Shown: positions 18,359-29,812, counted from the first letter of the stretch. The stretch is 64,000 bases of DNA from an uncultured virus (IMG/VR IMGVR_UViG_3300032665_002303) (IMGVR_UViG_3300032665_002303), one strand, 5' to 3'. The notes: generated by a model from the sequence alone, not told the origin. Numbers and translations: made by a program.

Positions 18359-20980
18359 ATGTTTGTACTTCGGGAGTTTTTTGAAACAGAAAAGAAGAAT
18401 AAAAACGGAGAGTGGGCCAATAAGGTCATTACTTTCCTGCGCTTATACCAATTGCCGCTCGTTTCCCAAAACGACGCAGAGGTGGGTATGAGTTATTTGT
18501 TGGGCTGTCAGGATATGACACCCATTAAAAACCTGTTTCAGAATGTATCCCGCATAAACCTTACAAACCAGACAGGGCCTCAAAATGTAGGTATTCTCAA
18601 CCGGTTGGGCCAGCCGGTAACGCCCTCTACGGAGAGTGACCAGAACTATTTGCGAGAAATGCAGTCCCTGAACTTTAAGCCACTTCCCATACTGGAAAAG
18701 CTAAGGAATGTGCTCATCGCAGAGATGAAAAAAATGGGCCCGGTGGTGAATGTGCGCAGCGAAGATCCGGTAAGCACAGCAAAAAAACTGCAGGACAAGC
18801 AATTACTGGAGCATCGCAATGAGATAGAGGGTTTTCTGAGCTACATATACACATCCATAGGCCAGAAGCCCTTCAAGATGAAGGAGCACAAGGCTAGGTT
18901 TGGAGATAAGCCAGACGCGGGCAATACGCAGCAATTTGATGCCATGGGATTAAACCCCGGCGACCCGGCCGACGTGAACTTCTTTATGGAGAACTTCCAT
19001 AAGCTCGACGAAGAGATTGCGCTAGAGGCTCCAATAAATTTCTCTATGAGTTATAATCGCGTAATCATAGAGTTTGAAAAATGGGTAAATGATGCCATCG
19101 CAAAAAAAGCAGTGGCCGCGACCTGCTATGTAGACAATGTTTCAGGGCTTCCAAAATACAAGTACCTGGCGCCGGAGACCGTATATGTGTACGGCAGTGG
19201 CAATGAGCAGGATTTCAGTGACGCGCAAAGTAAGGCATACGAGCGTAAGGTGACCATAAAAGAGCTGATAGAGATAATAGGGAATAGCTTCGACATAGAA
19301 AAGGAATGGGATGCACTCCTGCAGGCCATAACCAACACCATGAAGATAGAATTCACCGGTGTAAAACCCTCATATAGGGGGTGGGCTACCGGCAATGGCA
19401 AGCTAACCAGTGCGTCAAATGCAGTAGGGTACAACTACGACCAATTCATGTCTTTTAAGGTTACCTTGGGGTATATTGAGTTTTGCTCTCAGGACTTAAT
19501 GGACCACCAGAATATAAAAGATGGTTCTGATGGGTTCTATCAAAACAACCAATCACCTACCGGTAAATATCCAACAAAGGCACGGTGGGAAACCCCATAC
19601 TATAAGGCCTACTACCTTGCGGTGTCACAGGTAGAGCAAGTATTGTTCGACTTCGGGGAATTACAGTACCAAGATATCCTTGGCGCAAGCGATACGGTAT
19701 CTAACTTTACTATCATCACCTACAAGGATATTGGTGATCCTATAGCCATACAAGCCGCGCAGATCATTGATATGGTAAATGAGGCGTGGTATAAGTTCCG
19801 CTATGAATTACGCCGGGCAAAACCGCGCGGCCGTGGATGGAACTACGATAGTATGGTGACTACGCTTATGGATTTGATACCAGATACAAATTCATCACCT
19901 TTCAATAAGCTGCAGAAGGTAATGGAGATGCTGGACAGTTCAGCCAATGAGATATACACCTTCCCGATGGTGGATGGCAAGACGATGCCGCTGCCCGGAA
20001 ACCAGCTCAACTACGATATACCAAACGGTATGTCCAAAGAGTCTATGCTGTGGTGGGAGATCATGATGAACGGTATTCAGTATATCTCAGACATGATAGG
20101 CGTATCTCCACTCCGGGAGGGCGACCCAGGCAATCCAAGAGATAGCATGAACAACCAGTTCAAGGCACTGGAATATAGCCAGGCCGCCACCTATTACATT
20201 CCTGATATGCTTACGTATATGTTGCAACAGTTGGCCGTCAAAACCAACTTCTATGTACAGGATATAGTCACCTACAAAGATTATAATACTGTATCGTACA
20301 AAGCATTGGAAGATGCGCTGGGCGAAGAAACGCTGAATAAGCTGGAAGGCTTGGGTAAAACCGCGCCACATCGGTTCGGTATATTTGTAGAGAGCCTGAA
20401 TCAAGGACCGCTACGCCAAAAGCTCGATGCAATACTATTTGAGGCGGTAAAAAACAAGTCAATAACCACTGCGGAATACCTGCTTATTAACGACATAAAA
20501 AGCGTCAAAAAGGCTATTGTTACATTCGCATATTTTGAGCAGCGTAATCGCAAACTGGCAGAACAATCTCAGCAGCAGGCAGCACAGCAGCAACAGCAGG
20601 CGCAGCAGCAGAACATGCAGATGCAGATGGCTATTGAGCAGAAGAAAATAGATGCAATGATACTCGGTAAGCAGATAGATGCAAATGCCGGCCAGCAAGA
20701 ACACTTAACAAATCAGATAGGAGGAATTACAAAAACCAAAATGAAAATAGAGGGGGATATACAACAGCTATATCATGGCGCCATGGCGGACTTTTTGGCG
20801 CAACAGCAAAAGCTAAATGCCACCCCATCCGCCGTTACCCCGCCTCCGCCACCCCCAATGCCACAGCAGGCACCACCCGGGAATATCCCACAGCAGGCAC
20901 CGGGAGATGTATTGCCTTCGGCTGCAGGGCAACTACGCCAAAACGTAGAGCCGCAATCAACAGGAGCTAATTTACAATAG
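18359..20980 (+). CDS. Putative portal protein
   Basis: 873 aa, helical, Q-rich C-terminal coiled coil, upstream of scaffold- and capsid-like genes as in crAss-like phages. Synteny-based. Confidence 0.65.
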   Translation: MFVLREFFETEKKNKNGEWANKVITFLRLYQLPLVSQNDAEVGMSYLLGCQDMTPIKNLFQNVSRINLTNQTGPQNVGILNRLGQPVTPSTESDQNYLREMQSLNFKPLPILEKLRNVLIAEMKKMGPVVNVRSEDPVSTAKKLQDKQLLEHRNEIEGFLSYIYTSIGQKPFKMKEHKARFGDKPDAGNTQQFDAMGLNPGDPADVNFFMENFHKLDEEIALEAPINFSMSYNRVIIEFEKWVNDAIAKKAVAATCYVDNVSGLPKYKYLAPETVYVYGSGNEQDFSDAQSKAYERKVTIKELIEIIGNSFDIEKEWDALLQAITNTMKIEFTGVKPSYRGWATGNGKLTSASNAVGYNYDQFMSFKVTLGYIEFCSQDLMDHQNIKDGSDGFYQNNQSPTGKYPTKARWETPYYKAYYLAVSQVEQVLFDFGELQYQDILGASDTVSNFTIITYKDIGDPIAIQAAQIIDMVNEAWYKFRYELRRAKPRGRGWNYDSMVTTLMDLIPDTNSSPFNKLQKVMEMLDSSANEIYTFPMVDGKTMPLPGNQLNYDIPNGMSKESMLWWEIMMNGIQYISDMIGVSPLREGDPGNPRDSMNNQFKALEYSQAATYYIPDMLTYMLQQLAVKTNFYVQDIVTYKDYNTVSYKALEDALGEETLNKLEGLGKTAPHRFGIFVESLNQGPLRQKLDAILFEAVKNKSITTAEYLLINDIKSVKKAIVTFAYFEQRNRKLAEQSQQQAAQQQQQAQQQNMQMQMAIEQKKIDAMILGKQIDANAGQQEHLTNQIGGITKTKMKIEGDIQQLYHGAMADFLAQQQKLNATPSAVTPPPPPPMPQQAPPGNIPQQAPGDVLPSAAGQLRQNVEPQSTGANLQ

Positions 20981-21314
20981 TGGATATTTCAAGGAATAGA
21001 TGCGGGTCAACAATCATTTTAACGATGAGTGTTGCCGGGTCTATTCCTAAGCTATTTGCCAGGCATACGATCTTCTTGGCATTGGCGTCGGATGTGTTTA
21101 TGGAGAAGTCCTTTTTTACGTGCGCCACCTTTACGTCATGGCAGTTTGGGAGGTCTATCTGACGGAATATCCTATTCACCTCATTGTTGATGAATTGATT
21201 AATTCCTTTGCCGCGCACAATCAGTTTCTTGCCCTTATTTCGGGACTCTATGATGGACTCTATCCGGGCCCATTCCTGCTTTGTTTTACGGACGCCTATT
21301 CGTATTGTAGCCAC
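20967..21314 (-). CDS. Small basic protein, possible ribbon-helix-helix regulator
   Basis: Basic beta-strand then helices, apparently twice. Divergent from the scaffold gene. Confidence 0.4.
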   Translation of the reverse strand: MATIRIGVRKTKQEWARIESIIESRNKGKKLIVRGKGINQFINNEVNRIFRQIDLPNCHDVKVAHVKKDFSINTSDANAKKIVCLANSLGIDPATLIVKMIVDPHLFLEISTIVN

Positions 21315-21424
21315 TGAATTATAAGTGTGAGTAAAGATAATAACGACTTGTGTCGTGTAAAAGTAGTGTTTTGATTTTTAATATCCAATAGTGTATATAC
21401 TTTTGATAGAGAAATATATTTTCA

Positions 21425-22576
21425 ATGCCTGACCCAATAAAAACAAGTTTCCCGAATTTACAAAAACATAGCGGACTCAAAGAGTCTGAAATGGAAGTAA
21501 CACCCACGGGCGAACAAAACCCACAGGTAGTTCCGGCGGCAGCAACTACAGCTACGCTGGAAAAAAATGGACAAGCCGAGCCAGCCCCGAACGCACAAGC
21601 GAGCGTGGCAACGGACGGTGAAGATAAAAGCAGAGCTGACAAACCAAAATTTAACTCAGACGAATTATCAGACGAGGAAAAAGATGAGTTGCTTGCAAAA
21701 CTTACCGGCGGCAAAATAAAATCCCGTGCAGAACTCGAACCAAAAGTAGAGAAGACAGCAGAAGAGATAGCCAAAGAGAAGGAAGACAAAAAGAAAGAAG
21801 CGCTGGCATGGGGCATAGACTCCGGCAAAATAAAAATGGACGAATATGACAAGGCTGTACTGGCTAAGTCAAAAAGCGATCGCGAGATAGCACTTCAGCT
21901 ATTTACCGCAGAGGAAATGGCAGAAGACAAAGACCTGAAGCCAGAAGAGGCCGAGCAGATGTTCATGGATGCCTACCACGAAGGCGACGAGGAAAGTAAA
22001 CTTTTCAAGGTTGGCCAGAAAGAGATAAAAAAACTTGCTGACGCCTATCGTAAGGAAACTGCGGCGGCAGTGGACGGCATAGACCAGGAATACGAACAGC
22101 ATACACAGATAATATCTCAATTCAAGGCCTACAAAGGTCAGGTAAAAAAAGTGGCTGCAGAACTTCCAAAAGAAGTGACGTTCAATTTCGACTACGAGCC
22201 GCTGAATAAAGAATTGGATGGCGCTAAGTCAACGCTCAAATTCAGCGTACCGGTAGATGAAAAGGCAATCAATAAGATAATTTCAGACTACTCCTCAGAA
22301 AACAACTTTGCGCTCAGGAATACCCTTAGCAACGGAAAGATAGACGAGAAGAAAATATCCGAAGAGATGTCCTACCATCTGAAGGCTATGATGTTCGATA
22401 AAGCAATACCGGAGTTGTTGAAGCAAAATGCAGAGCAGGTAGAAAAACTACTTCTTGTGCAGTTGGGTAACAAAAGAAACCCAACACAATCTTTGAATAA
22501 CGGGCAGCAGCCGGTGGCCAGGGCGCCACAAAAGCAGAACACATACGCAAACCTCAACGCAGCGATAAGAAATTAA
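21425..22576 (+). CDS. Putative capsid scaffolding protein
   Basis: Highly charged and helical, between portal and capsid genes. Confidence 0.55.
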   Translation: MPDPIKTSFPNLQKHSGLKESEMEVTPTGEQNPQVVPAAATTATLEKNGQAEPAPNAQASVATDGEDKSRADKPKFNSDELSDEEKDELLAKLTGGKIKSRAELEPKVEKTAEEIAKEKEDKKKEALAWGIDSGKIKMDEYDKAVLAKSKSDREIALQLFTAEEMAEDKDLKPEEAEQMFMDAYHEGDEESKLFKVGQKEIKKLADAYRKETAAAVDGIDQEYEQHTQIISQFKAYKGQVKKVAAELPKEVTFNFDYEPLNKELDGAKSTLKFSVPVDEKAINKIISDYSSENNFALRNTLSNGKIDEKKISEEMSYHLKAMMFDKAIPELLKQNAEQVEKLLLVQLGNKRNPTQSLNNGQQPVARAPQKQNTYANLNAAIRN

Positions 22577-22608
22577 CCATTAAATCTAAATAATTAAAAA
22601 CTGTAATT

Positions 22609-24171
22609 ATGGCTATTGCATATCTTTTGAATCCGGCGAATACATCAAGGATCATTACATCAGTAGGTGACGCCAAAAGTGAGTTGCCGGCATTCTCGGA
22701 CCTGTATCGCGCCCTTTACGACGCAATAGAAGATGGTAAAATTCCTGGCGCAAGCCCGGAGGATCTCGCTACATGGCGCCTGAATTTCCGTTCAGGTGTA
22801 GTGAACATCGGCGGCCGTCCTTCCGAGATCGACTTCTTCCGTATGCTTATGGGTGGTACTCCGCAGGAGACAGAAGCAACATCTATCGCTATTCGCTATA
22901 ACAGCGCAATAGACCATAACATCTACGCACAGAACAACGCCACCGGCACTTACGGCTCCGTTCCTAACTGTACGTGGGGTGAAAATGTAAATGCTACCTA
23001 CACAGGTAACTACGCGGTATTCCAGCCATCTATCAGCACCTATGCTAATAATGGTATGAACTCCAACGTAAACCTGGGTGATACCATATTCATACCGAAT
23101 GACTCGCAGATGGTGCAGGTAATCCGCAAGGACACATCGACCAACTACGCGCACCAGATATATGTGGCACCCTACAACGAGGACTACACTATCAATATCT
23201 ATGCTCAGCAGGCGATGAGTGTAGCGCACGTAGGATTCTCTACCGGTTATGCTGACTTCTACACCAACCCGCCGCACACGGAATGGGAAACGCTCGGATA
23301 TACCAATATAATCAGCCCGTACTCGCTCCGTACTTCATGGGAAACAGCGCGTGAGCTTGAAAAGGCTTACAAGGATGTCCTGCAGTTCCCTATCGTATTC
23401 GATATGGTGACCGGCGCAGAGATGGATAGCTGGGACTTTAAGGCGGCGGCAGATGCCCGCGAGCGCCTGATCATGGCGGAGAATATCTTCTTCATGGAAG
23501 GGCAGCAGATAACTAACCCCGCACTGAACGTGGCCGCTGCAACAAACAAGTATACCGGTTTTGACGGCCTGGTGACTTCGATGTTCTATGGTGGCGGTAA
23601 CATACAGACATACACTCCGACATACGGATGGGATCTGGACGTAAATTACAACCAGATACGCTATAAGAACGACGCTCTCAAACTCAGCAATGAAATGCTG
23701 ATGGTGTGCGCGCTTCGCTTCAGCGACTCCCTGCAGCGCCGCAGCCAGGATATGTTCAAAAACAACTCCGGCGCATGTACGTTCGACACATTCGAGCGCA
23801 TGGGTCAGGATCGCGACGAAATCAAGCGCCTGGGCGTTAAATCCTACGAGTGGGGCACAACAACAATACACATCAAAATTGCCGGTGCATTCAGCGATAG
23901 CCGCTGGATAGGACAGGGATACTACCCTAACATGGCGCTTATACTGCCAGGCGACGGTATGACAGACAGCCGCGGTAATCGCGTTCCTCCGGTAGAATAC
24001 TGGATGCCAAAGGGCCGCAGGGTTTCCGGCATGTGGGAAGAAAACTGGGTTGATGGTATGCAGCAGTACGAGCAGGCGGAAGTTTTCCGTGGCACGATCA
24101 AGCATGACATCATGATGAGCGTGAATGGAGTAGAGAACATGTGGGCTGTAATGCCAAACACCGTCCTGTAA
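22609..24171 (+). CDS. Putative major capsid protein
   Basis: 520 aa after the scaffold, strong codon bias, GFDGLVTSMFYGGGN segment reminiscent of crAss-like MCPs. Confidence 0.7.
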   Translation: MAIAYLLNPANTSRIITSVGDAKSELPAFSDLYRALYDAIEDGKIPGASPEDLATWRLNFRSGVVNIGGRPSEIDFFRMLMGGTPQETEATSIAIRYNSAIDHNIYAQNNATGTYGSVPNCTWGENVNATYTGNYAVFQPSISTYANNGMNSNVNLGDTIFIPNDSQMVQVIRKDTSTNYAHQIYVAPYNEDYTINIYAQQAMSVAHVGFSTGYADFYTNPPHTEWETLGYTNIISPYSLRTSWETARELEKAYKDVLQFPIVFDMVTGAEMDSWDFKAAADARERLIMAENIFFMEGQQITNPALNVAAATNKYTGFDGLVTSMFYGGGNIQTYTPTYGWDLDVNYNQIRYKNDALKLSNEMLMVCALRFSDSLQRRSQDMFKNNSGACTFDTFERMGQDRDEIKRLGVKSYEWGTTTIHIKIAGAFSDSRWIGQGYYPNMALILPGDGMTDSRGNRVPPVEYWMPKGRRVSGMWEENWVDGMQQYEQAEVFRGTIKHDIMMSVNGVENMWAVMPNTVL

Positions 24172-24237
24172 TAAGGGCGGTGCCCCCATGGGGATATTTT
24201 TACACACATATAAAGTCAATAATTAAATACATTTTTT

Positions 24238-25296
24238 GTGAGCGAAGTTGCCAATAAAATAGAAAGGTCAGCAAATTTAGATAGCTTCATGGCTACCACA
24301 TTCGTGGTTTCCCGTAAGGGGAAAAGTGGGTTCAAAAAAGAAGGAACCGGCGAAAATGGTATAGCCCCGGAATATCTGACAACAGGTAAAACCCTGTTTG
24401 TTGAACCAATATCCAGGCTCTACATGGGTAAGGGTAATGGTTATATGCCAACTCAATATGTGATTGGTGCGGCAACAACCTATGTAAATGACTATTGGGA
24501 AGATAAGGATGGCAAACTGGTACCTGAAAGCCTGACTATATCAAAGGCGCAGGCAGAAAAAGCAGGATATAGCTTCCGCCCAGGCCTTAAATCTCAAGGA
24601 TTTGATCTTAAAGAGGAATATGCGAGGTCTGTGACCGAAGGTATTTGCTTTACGTTTGGCCAGCTCAGCATAAATCCAAACGACACCATTCTGATAAAGT
24701 TCATCAATGAGCATGAGCAGAATAAGGCATCTGCCGGGTGGGCCGAAAACAAAGATCCGAAAAGGCTTAATCTCTTTACGTTCGAGCCGCTGATACCTGA
24801 GCAAAAAGCTGCAAAATCGAAGGTAATCACCAATTTTGACGCGGATGTAGAGGCGCTTAACTTCGTTCAGAAGTTGCGCGTACAGGGCGATGCTGGCTTC
24901 ACTTACAAGGAAGAGTCACTGAATGCCATCCTTAATATATTGGGTGACGGAAAGGGTCTCGGACATGGTGAAGTGATACAGAAATTTGATATTGTAGCCA
25001 AATACGCCAAGAGGGACGGCGCCGCATTTATGGACCTGGTAAATACCGCGTTCAATGAGTATCGGGTGTCCGCGGGTATGGCCGAGACACTAAAAGTGTT
25101 AAAGTTGACCGCTACAGAGGCTATTCTGACCGAAGGAACAAAGAGTAATACTATCCTCACTTTTAAGAAGGGCGCACAAAAAGAAGAGTGCCTGGAAGAC
25201 CTGGTGATATACTTCTTATCTGGAGATCAGGGGCAGAGTGTACATGCGGACATGATGAGGTGCATTGAGTTGGCGAAACTTAAATCGCAGAGCTAA
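24238..25296 (+). CDS. Hypothetical protein downstream of MCP
   Basis: 352-aa ORF, GTG start. Confidence 0.7.
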   Translation: MSEVANKIERSANLDSFMATTFVVSRKGKSGFKKEGTGENGIAPEYLTTGKTLFVEPISRLYMGKGNGYMPTQYVIGAATTYVNDYWEDKDGKLVPESLTISKAQAEKAGYSFRPGLKSQGFDLKEEYARSVTEGICFTFGQLSINPNDTILIKFINEHEQNKASAGWAENKDPKRLNLFTFEPLIPEQKAAKSKVITNFDADVEALNFVQKLRVQGDAGFTYKEESLNAILNILGDGKGLGHGEVIQKFDIVAKYAKRDGAAFMDLVNTAFNEYRVSAGMAETLKVLKLTATEAILTEGTKSNTILTFKKGAQKEECLEDLVIYFLSGDQGQSVHADMMRCIELAKLKSQS

Positions 25297-25334
25297 GAGC
25301 AGTAGACATTATTTAAACTCATAAAACATAAATC

Positions 25335-26321
25335 ATGGCAGTTTTTTTCGTTGTAACCAATCAGGCGGTAGATGTTAACGGGGAACCATTTGGCTATCCT
25401 GCGAACCCTAACGGGACTACCATGCAAATACCATGCGAAGGAACACAGATCATAGGTTCCTACTGGCGGATCCCGCAGACGCAAGGTGGTCGCGTATTAT
25501 CTTATCAGTATATTGCTGACAATGGCGGGTCTAACCCACCTACGGCAGACTCTATAAAGGTGCTGGAAGTGAAGCTCACAACCACTGCTGGTATTACAAC
25601 AGTATTCATGGCAATCGCCAATACAGATAACATAGGCACTTCATCTCCGGTGAACCAGTTTGCTTACCTGTGTGATGGGTTGGGCGGTACGCTGCCGGTG
25701 ATGCCTACGATTGCTATTCCATTACCAGTCCTGCAGAACCCGCCGCAGACCACAGATGCGTCTGGAGACAATTATTTCTACTTCCCTTTCCCGGCTAACC
25801 CAAGCGGCCTGCTGTATACTATGAATGCTGTGTATTTCAATGGCGGCGTTCCGTCTCCTGCATATGCTCCATCTGGCATTACTACGGTAGCGCAATTCGT
25901 GACATGGGCAAATGCAAACTGGAGCACATACGGTACGTGGTCTGAAACAACTACAAGCCCGGTATCTAATGTCGTTCAGTTGTACAGCCCGGTAGGCGCT
26001 GGAACATTTGTGTGCGCTGCAGGCATGAATGTATCTCTGACCCCGGTTAATTACTGCTTCGATCTGACATCATTCAGCACTCCGGCCGCAGTAAATGGTG
26101 TGCAGTTTGGCTCTGGCCCGATACTGGCAATACCAGCATTCCAGGTTACAAATAACCCAATAGTGCTGGCAAATGCACTGACTCCCGTTATGTCCTCTAC
26201 TACGGTGTTCAATACATCCGGTGTGGCACACAAGCTGGGTATCAACACTACGATGGCAACGCCAGTATTGTACTACAATGGCTCAGTGGTATCCACTGCA
26301 GGTGCGGGTACATGCTCATAA
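25335..26321 (+). CDS. Putative virion structural protein
   Basis: Beta-rich, T/P/G-rich, structural operon. Confidence 0.55.
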   Translation: MAVFFVVTNQAVDVNGEPFGYPANPNGTTMQIPCEGTQIIGSYWRIPQTQGGRVLSYQYIADNGGSNPPTADSIKVLEVKLTTTAGITTVFMAIANTDNIGTSSPVNQFAYLCDGLGGTLPVMPTIAIPLPVLQNPPQTTDASGDNYFYFPFPANPSGLLYTMNAVYFNGGVPSPAYAPSGITTVAQFVTWANANWSTYGTWSETTTSPVSNVVQLYSPVGAGTFVCAAGMNVSLTPVNYCFDLTSFSTPAAVNGVQFGSGPILAIPAFQVTNNPIVLANALTPVMSSTTVFNTSGVAHKLGINTTMATPVLYYNGSVVSTAGAGTCS

Positions 26322-26345
26322 GGAATATTTTAAAGTTAATAACCG

Positions 26346-26379
26346 AAGGGGCAGGCGTTCAACATGCCTGCCCTTTTTT
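26346..26379 (+). terminator. Intrinsic terminator
   Basis: AAGGGGCAGGCGT-TCA-ACATGCCTGCCCTT followed by a T tract. Confidence 0.7.
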
Positions 26380-26392
26380 AAAAATACAAATC

Positions 26393-29300
26393 ATGGCTTG
26401 CACCGGCGTATCACTCCCATCTTCTCATATTACATGTCTTGACTTCCTGCTTACGTGGGATATATCAGGGGCGCAGCCCGTCGTGACAATCACCAATAAC
26501 AGTACGGTCATCAAACCGGCCACGCTTAATTGGTGGTTTTATATAGTGTCTCCTTCCGGGGTTGCTATAAAAGGAGTTAACCTGAATAATGTATCATCTT
26601 TACCCACCCCGGATATTACCGGTACGGCATGGACCACGCGCACATTCAATCTGCCGACCCCATTTACGAATAGCCCTTGCGGCCAAATTGAATTTTCGCC
26701 GAATAGTCCATATGGTGTGTATGTATTCGTCCAGGACACATCGTATGTGACATCTCCCGTTACGGCATTCTTTCAGTACAACAAAAATACCATCATCGTA
26801 AGGCCTAATGGCAATACGATGGATAGTTGCGGTAATTTTGGACAGGCAATTGTTAGTATGCAGGTGGATTGTCTGAATAAGGCAATAAACTGCTACGACT
26901 CCACTAATTTGTCGTACAACAATATCCTTACGCCAATAGCAAGCACATGGAACTGGACGCTGGTATACCCGCAGGGAGAAAATGGAGAGATACCAAATGA
27001 AGTGATCACCGGCTCTCCAAATGTGACATTTGCTACCAGCATAGACAGCGAAGGATATACCCTATATCTCAGGGAGTACGCCACATACGACTATGGCAAT
27101 GGTATAACAGTAATTGTTCAGTACAAGCTATACAATACACCGGGCGGCACATCTGCCGGCATAGCATTTGCCCTAAATTGCAATACAAATCTTTGCCAGT
27201 TACAATGCCAGATGCAGGAATTCTACCAGCTATCAAAAGGCTCATGCGGAACGCTTGAAAATGCGAACCTGATGAACCAGATGACGCAGATGAACTTCCT
27301 GTACGCACAAGTCCTCACCGGCATATTCCAGCCATTGTGCGGAATTGATGTTCCCGGCTTGATAAAGGAAATAAAAGCGATCGGTAAATTCTCGGATAAC
27401 TGCAATTGTAATTGTGGTGGCGGGGTAATGGGTTTTTCAAATCCAACAGGCGGCGGATCAAACCCTTCCGGTAGTTCCTGCTGCCCTATATACGACAACA
27501 TCATAAACAAGGCGACAGGCACAGCTCCGGCCGCTTGCCCAGGCAGCTACTTCCCCGTAACCGTATTTGCTCCGGATGGGACCACGCAAATAGGCGTAGC
27601 CAATGATATAAATGACTTGGTGGGGCTTGTTAATGCAAATGAGGCATGGATGGCATACGGAACGGCATTCCCTGTGGGTAACTGCCAGATTGGTATATAT
27701 CCTGCAGCAAATGTAACCACTGCGCCCTCGGTATATGTGCTGAGTACCGGCGCAAGCCCGATACTCGTAAATGTATACCAGTCAGGATCATCTCCGCTAC
27801 AATCACCTGCAGGCTGCCCTAATGCCCTGTATCCGCTATCCGTATATAATCCTACGGGAACTACAGTTATCGGGGTTGCAAATAACGCAGCAGGAGTGCT
27901 ATCAATTATAAACGCATATCCCGCATGGCAGGCATATGGAGTGGCCACGGCATTTTTTAACTGTCAGGTGCAATTCACTCCGGCTACGGGAGTAGTGAGT
28001 ATCCCGCCGGTGTATGTATCAAATACGGGCAGCGGTAGCGGTACGGGAACAACGCCAAGCCCGGTTGTTGTTCCGATATACCAGGAAGGTACCACGGCTA
28101 AGCCAACGGCATGTCCTGCATCATTCTATCCTGTGCTGGTTTATAACTATGCCAATACAGAAACAATAGGCATTGCGTCATCCGTTACGGAGCTTGTAGG
28201 TATACTTAATTCAGATCCTACGTGGAGTGCAATAGGCGTGGCTACCGTGGTGGATAACTGCGATGTATCTATAACTCCAAATTCCACATCAACAACTACC
28301 ATAAACCCGGTATTTGTAAACACTAACACTACCGGTACAGGATGTATTAATAACCAGCAGTTGTATAGCGTAGGTGTTACGGATTACTGTAATGGCGCGG
28401 CTATATCCACATTGAACTTCCCTGGCGTATATTATGTACAGTATGGTAGCAGCACCCCAATATCATTAGGGTCTATGGCTAGTGAGACGGCTTTGCTCAC
28501 CGCGCTTACAGCGGAGCCAAGCAAGCCAAGTACAATATCCTATGCGCCGCTGGCCGGGTCAACTTCGCAACTTCAGGTTACGGTAAGCAACACCAACTGC
28601 GGCCTGACAAGCTCCCCCGTGACTATTTATTCAGAAACCGTGCTGGGAGATGTGATATTAATCGGCGGTAATATATACCCCGTGCTGAATTACTCTAGCC
28701 CATCTGCAACACCATCATTCGGTGGCTTGGATGAATATTATCTCCCGCTTGCCAACTGCATCGGGAAAATACCAGGTATTTCAGCATCTGGAGTGCAGTG
28801 GCATGTGGTGACAATCGGCTCAGGTACGCTATATGCGATAGAAACCAACACTGGTAAGGTATATGTGGTGGATGTAACAAACCCGACAATACCAATAATT
28901 ACGACTATCATATCTCTGAATAAAGTTGTTTCAAATAACTTCTCTGGATATCCTTCAGTTGGGGGCACTGAGGCCTTTTACAATACGTATTTTACTACGG
29001 ACTACAATGCCAACTCGGCAACTTTATTTATAGTAGAGTCTACCAGTGGTACGCTGTGGCAGATAAACACCACTACAAATGCAGTGGTGACATCATTCCA
29101 AAATGGATTACTACTGGGTAAATGCCCGAGAGTGCTGGTAAATAATATCCTCTATTTCACTCAGGATGGATATGTGGAGCAGGCCGCATCGCTTACTAGT
29201 GGAGTTGGTGAGGGGTACATCGTGCAGTACGACACCACTTCCGGATCACCATCGGGGTTGAGCACACACCAGATATTACTCAATAATGCGGAGTATGTAT

Positions 29301-29797
29301 GGTCTGCATCCTACGATGCTGTAAATAACCTGATATACTTTGTTGGGAAGGCAGGCACCATAGCTATCTATAGTTTGGCAACCAATACGGTTACGACAAG
29401 ATATGCAAATAAACTTGCCGTAACTTTTACATTTTCGCAGAATACTAAATACTACAATAATACGCTGTATGTATCTGGGTTCGCCGTGGGTACATTAATG
29501 GTGTCAACGACATCTTTGAGTACGGCGCCGGTTACTGCCTTTTCGCCGCTGATACTTCCAGGGGGCACTGGTGTTGATAATAAGTCGCAATGGAACTTTT
29601 CCCCAATACAGGGTAGGTGCTACGGCGTGTTAACCTATAATAGCGATAATGTTTCTCAGGGGGCTGGCATAGCATTATATTCGCTGACCGGGACACTTAT
29701 TGAGCTGATATGGCAGCGGGATTTGATGCACTATAATGTTATCCAGATACCAAAAATAACTTCTATTGCGGGTAGCACTTTGTTGCTGGCGCCATAG
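26393..29797 (+). CDS. Large Cys-rich virion protein with three internal repeats and a probable C-terminal beta-propeller
   Basis: ATG 26393 after the terminator. Repeats PxxCPxxxxPvxVy...IGvA...LNxxxxW...NC (x3). Confidence 0.6.
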   Translation: MACTGVSLPSSHITCLDFLLTWDISGAQPVVTITNNSTVIKPATLNWWFYIVSPSGVAIKGVNLNNVSSLPTPDITGTAWTTRTFNLPTPFTNSPCGQIEFSPNSPYGVYVFVQDTSYVTSPVTAFFQYNKNTIIVRPNGNTMDSCGNFGQAIVSMQVDCLNKAINCYDSTNLSYNNILTPIASTWNWTLVYPQGENGEIPNEVITGSPNVTFATSIDSEGYTLYLREYATYDYGNGITVIVQYKLYNTPGGTSAGIAFALNCNTNLCQLQCQMQEFYQLSKGSCGTLENANLMNQMTQMNFLYAQVLTGIFQPLCGIDVPGLIKEIKAIGKFSDNCNCNCGGGVMGFSNPTGGGSNPSGSSCCPIYDNIINKATGTAPAACPGSYFPVTVFAPDGTTQIGVANDINDLVGLVNANEAWMAYGTAFPVGNCQIGIYPAANVTTAPSVYVLSTGASPILVNVYQSGSSPLQSPAGCPNALYPLSVYNPTGTTVIGVANNAAGVLSIINAYPAWQAYGVATAFFNCQVQFTPATGVVSIPPVYVSNTGSGSGTGTTPSPVVVPIYQEGTTAKPTACPASFYPVLVYNYANTETIGIASSVTELVGILNSDPTWSAIGVATVVDNCDVSITPNSTSTTTINPVFVNTNTTGTGCINNQQLYSVGVTDYCNGAAISTLNFPGVYYVQYGSSTPISLGSMASETALLTALTAEPSKPSTISYAPLAGSTSQLQVTVSNTNCGLTSSPVTIYSETVLGDVILIGGNIYPVLNYSSPSATPSFGGLDEYYLPLANCIGKIPGISASGVQWHVVTIGSGTLYAIETNTGKVYVVDVTNPTIPIITTIISLNKVVSNNFSGYPSVGGTEAFYNTYFTTDYNANSATLFIVESTSGTLWQINTTTNAVVTSFQNGLLLGKCPRVLVNNILYFTQDGYVEQAASLTSGVGEGYIVQYDTTSGSPSGLSTHQILLNNAEYVWSASYDAVNNLIYFVGKAGTIAIYSLATNTVTTRYANKLAVTFTFSQNTKYYNNTLYVSGFAVGTLMVSTTSLSTAPVTAFSPLILPGGTGVDNKSQWNFSPIQGRCYGVLTYNSDNVSQGAGIALYSLTGTLIELIWQRDLMHYNVIQIPKITSIAGSTLLLAP

Positions 29798-29812
29798 CCT
29801 TGATGGAACGTC

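Noticed and set aside
20560..20900. CAG-rich and Pro-rich tracts at the end of the portal gene
   Set aside because: Low-complexity Q/P coding sequence typical of portal C-termini, not a separate repeat element.
23335..24219. Long antisense ORF over the capsid gene (and similar ones at 1050-1658, 7054-7864 and 43995-44834)
   Set aside because: These are shadow ORFs from codon bias of the sense genes, with no recognisable motifs.
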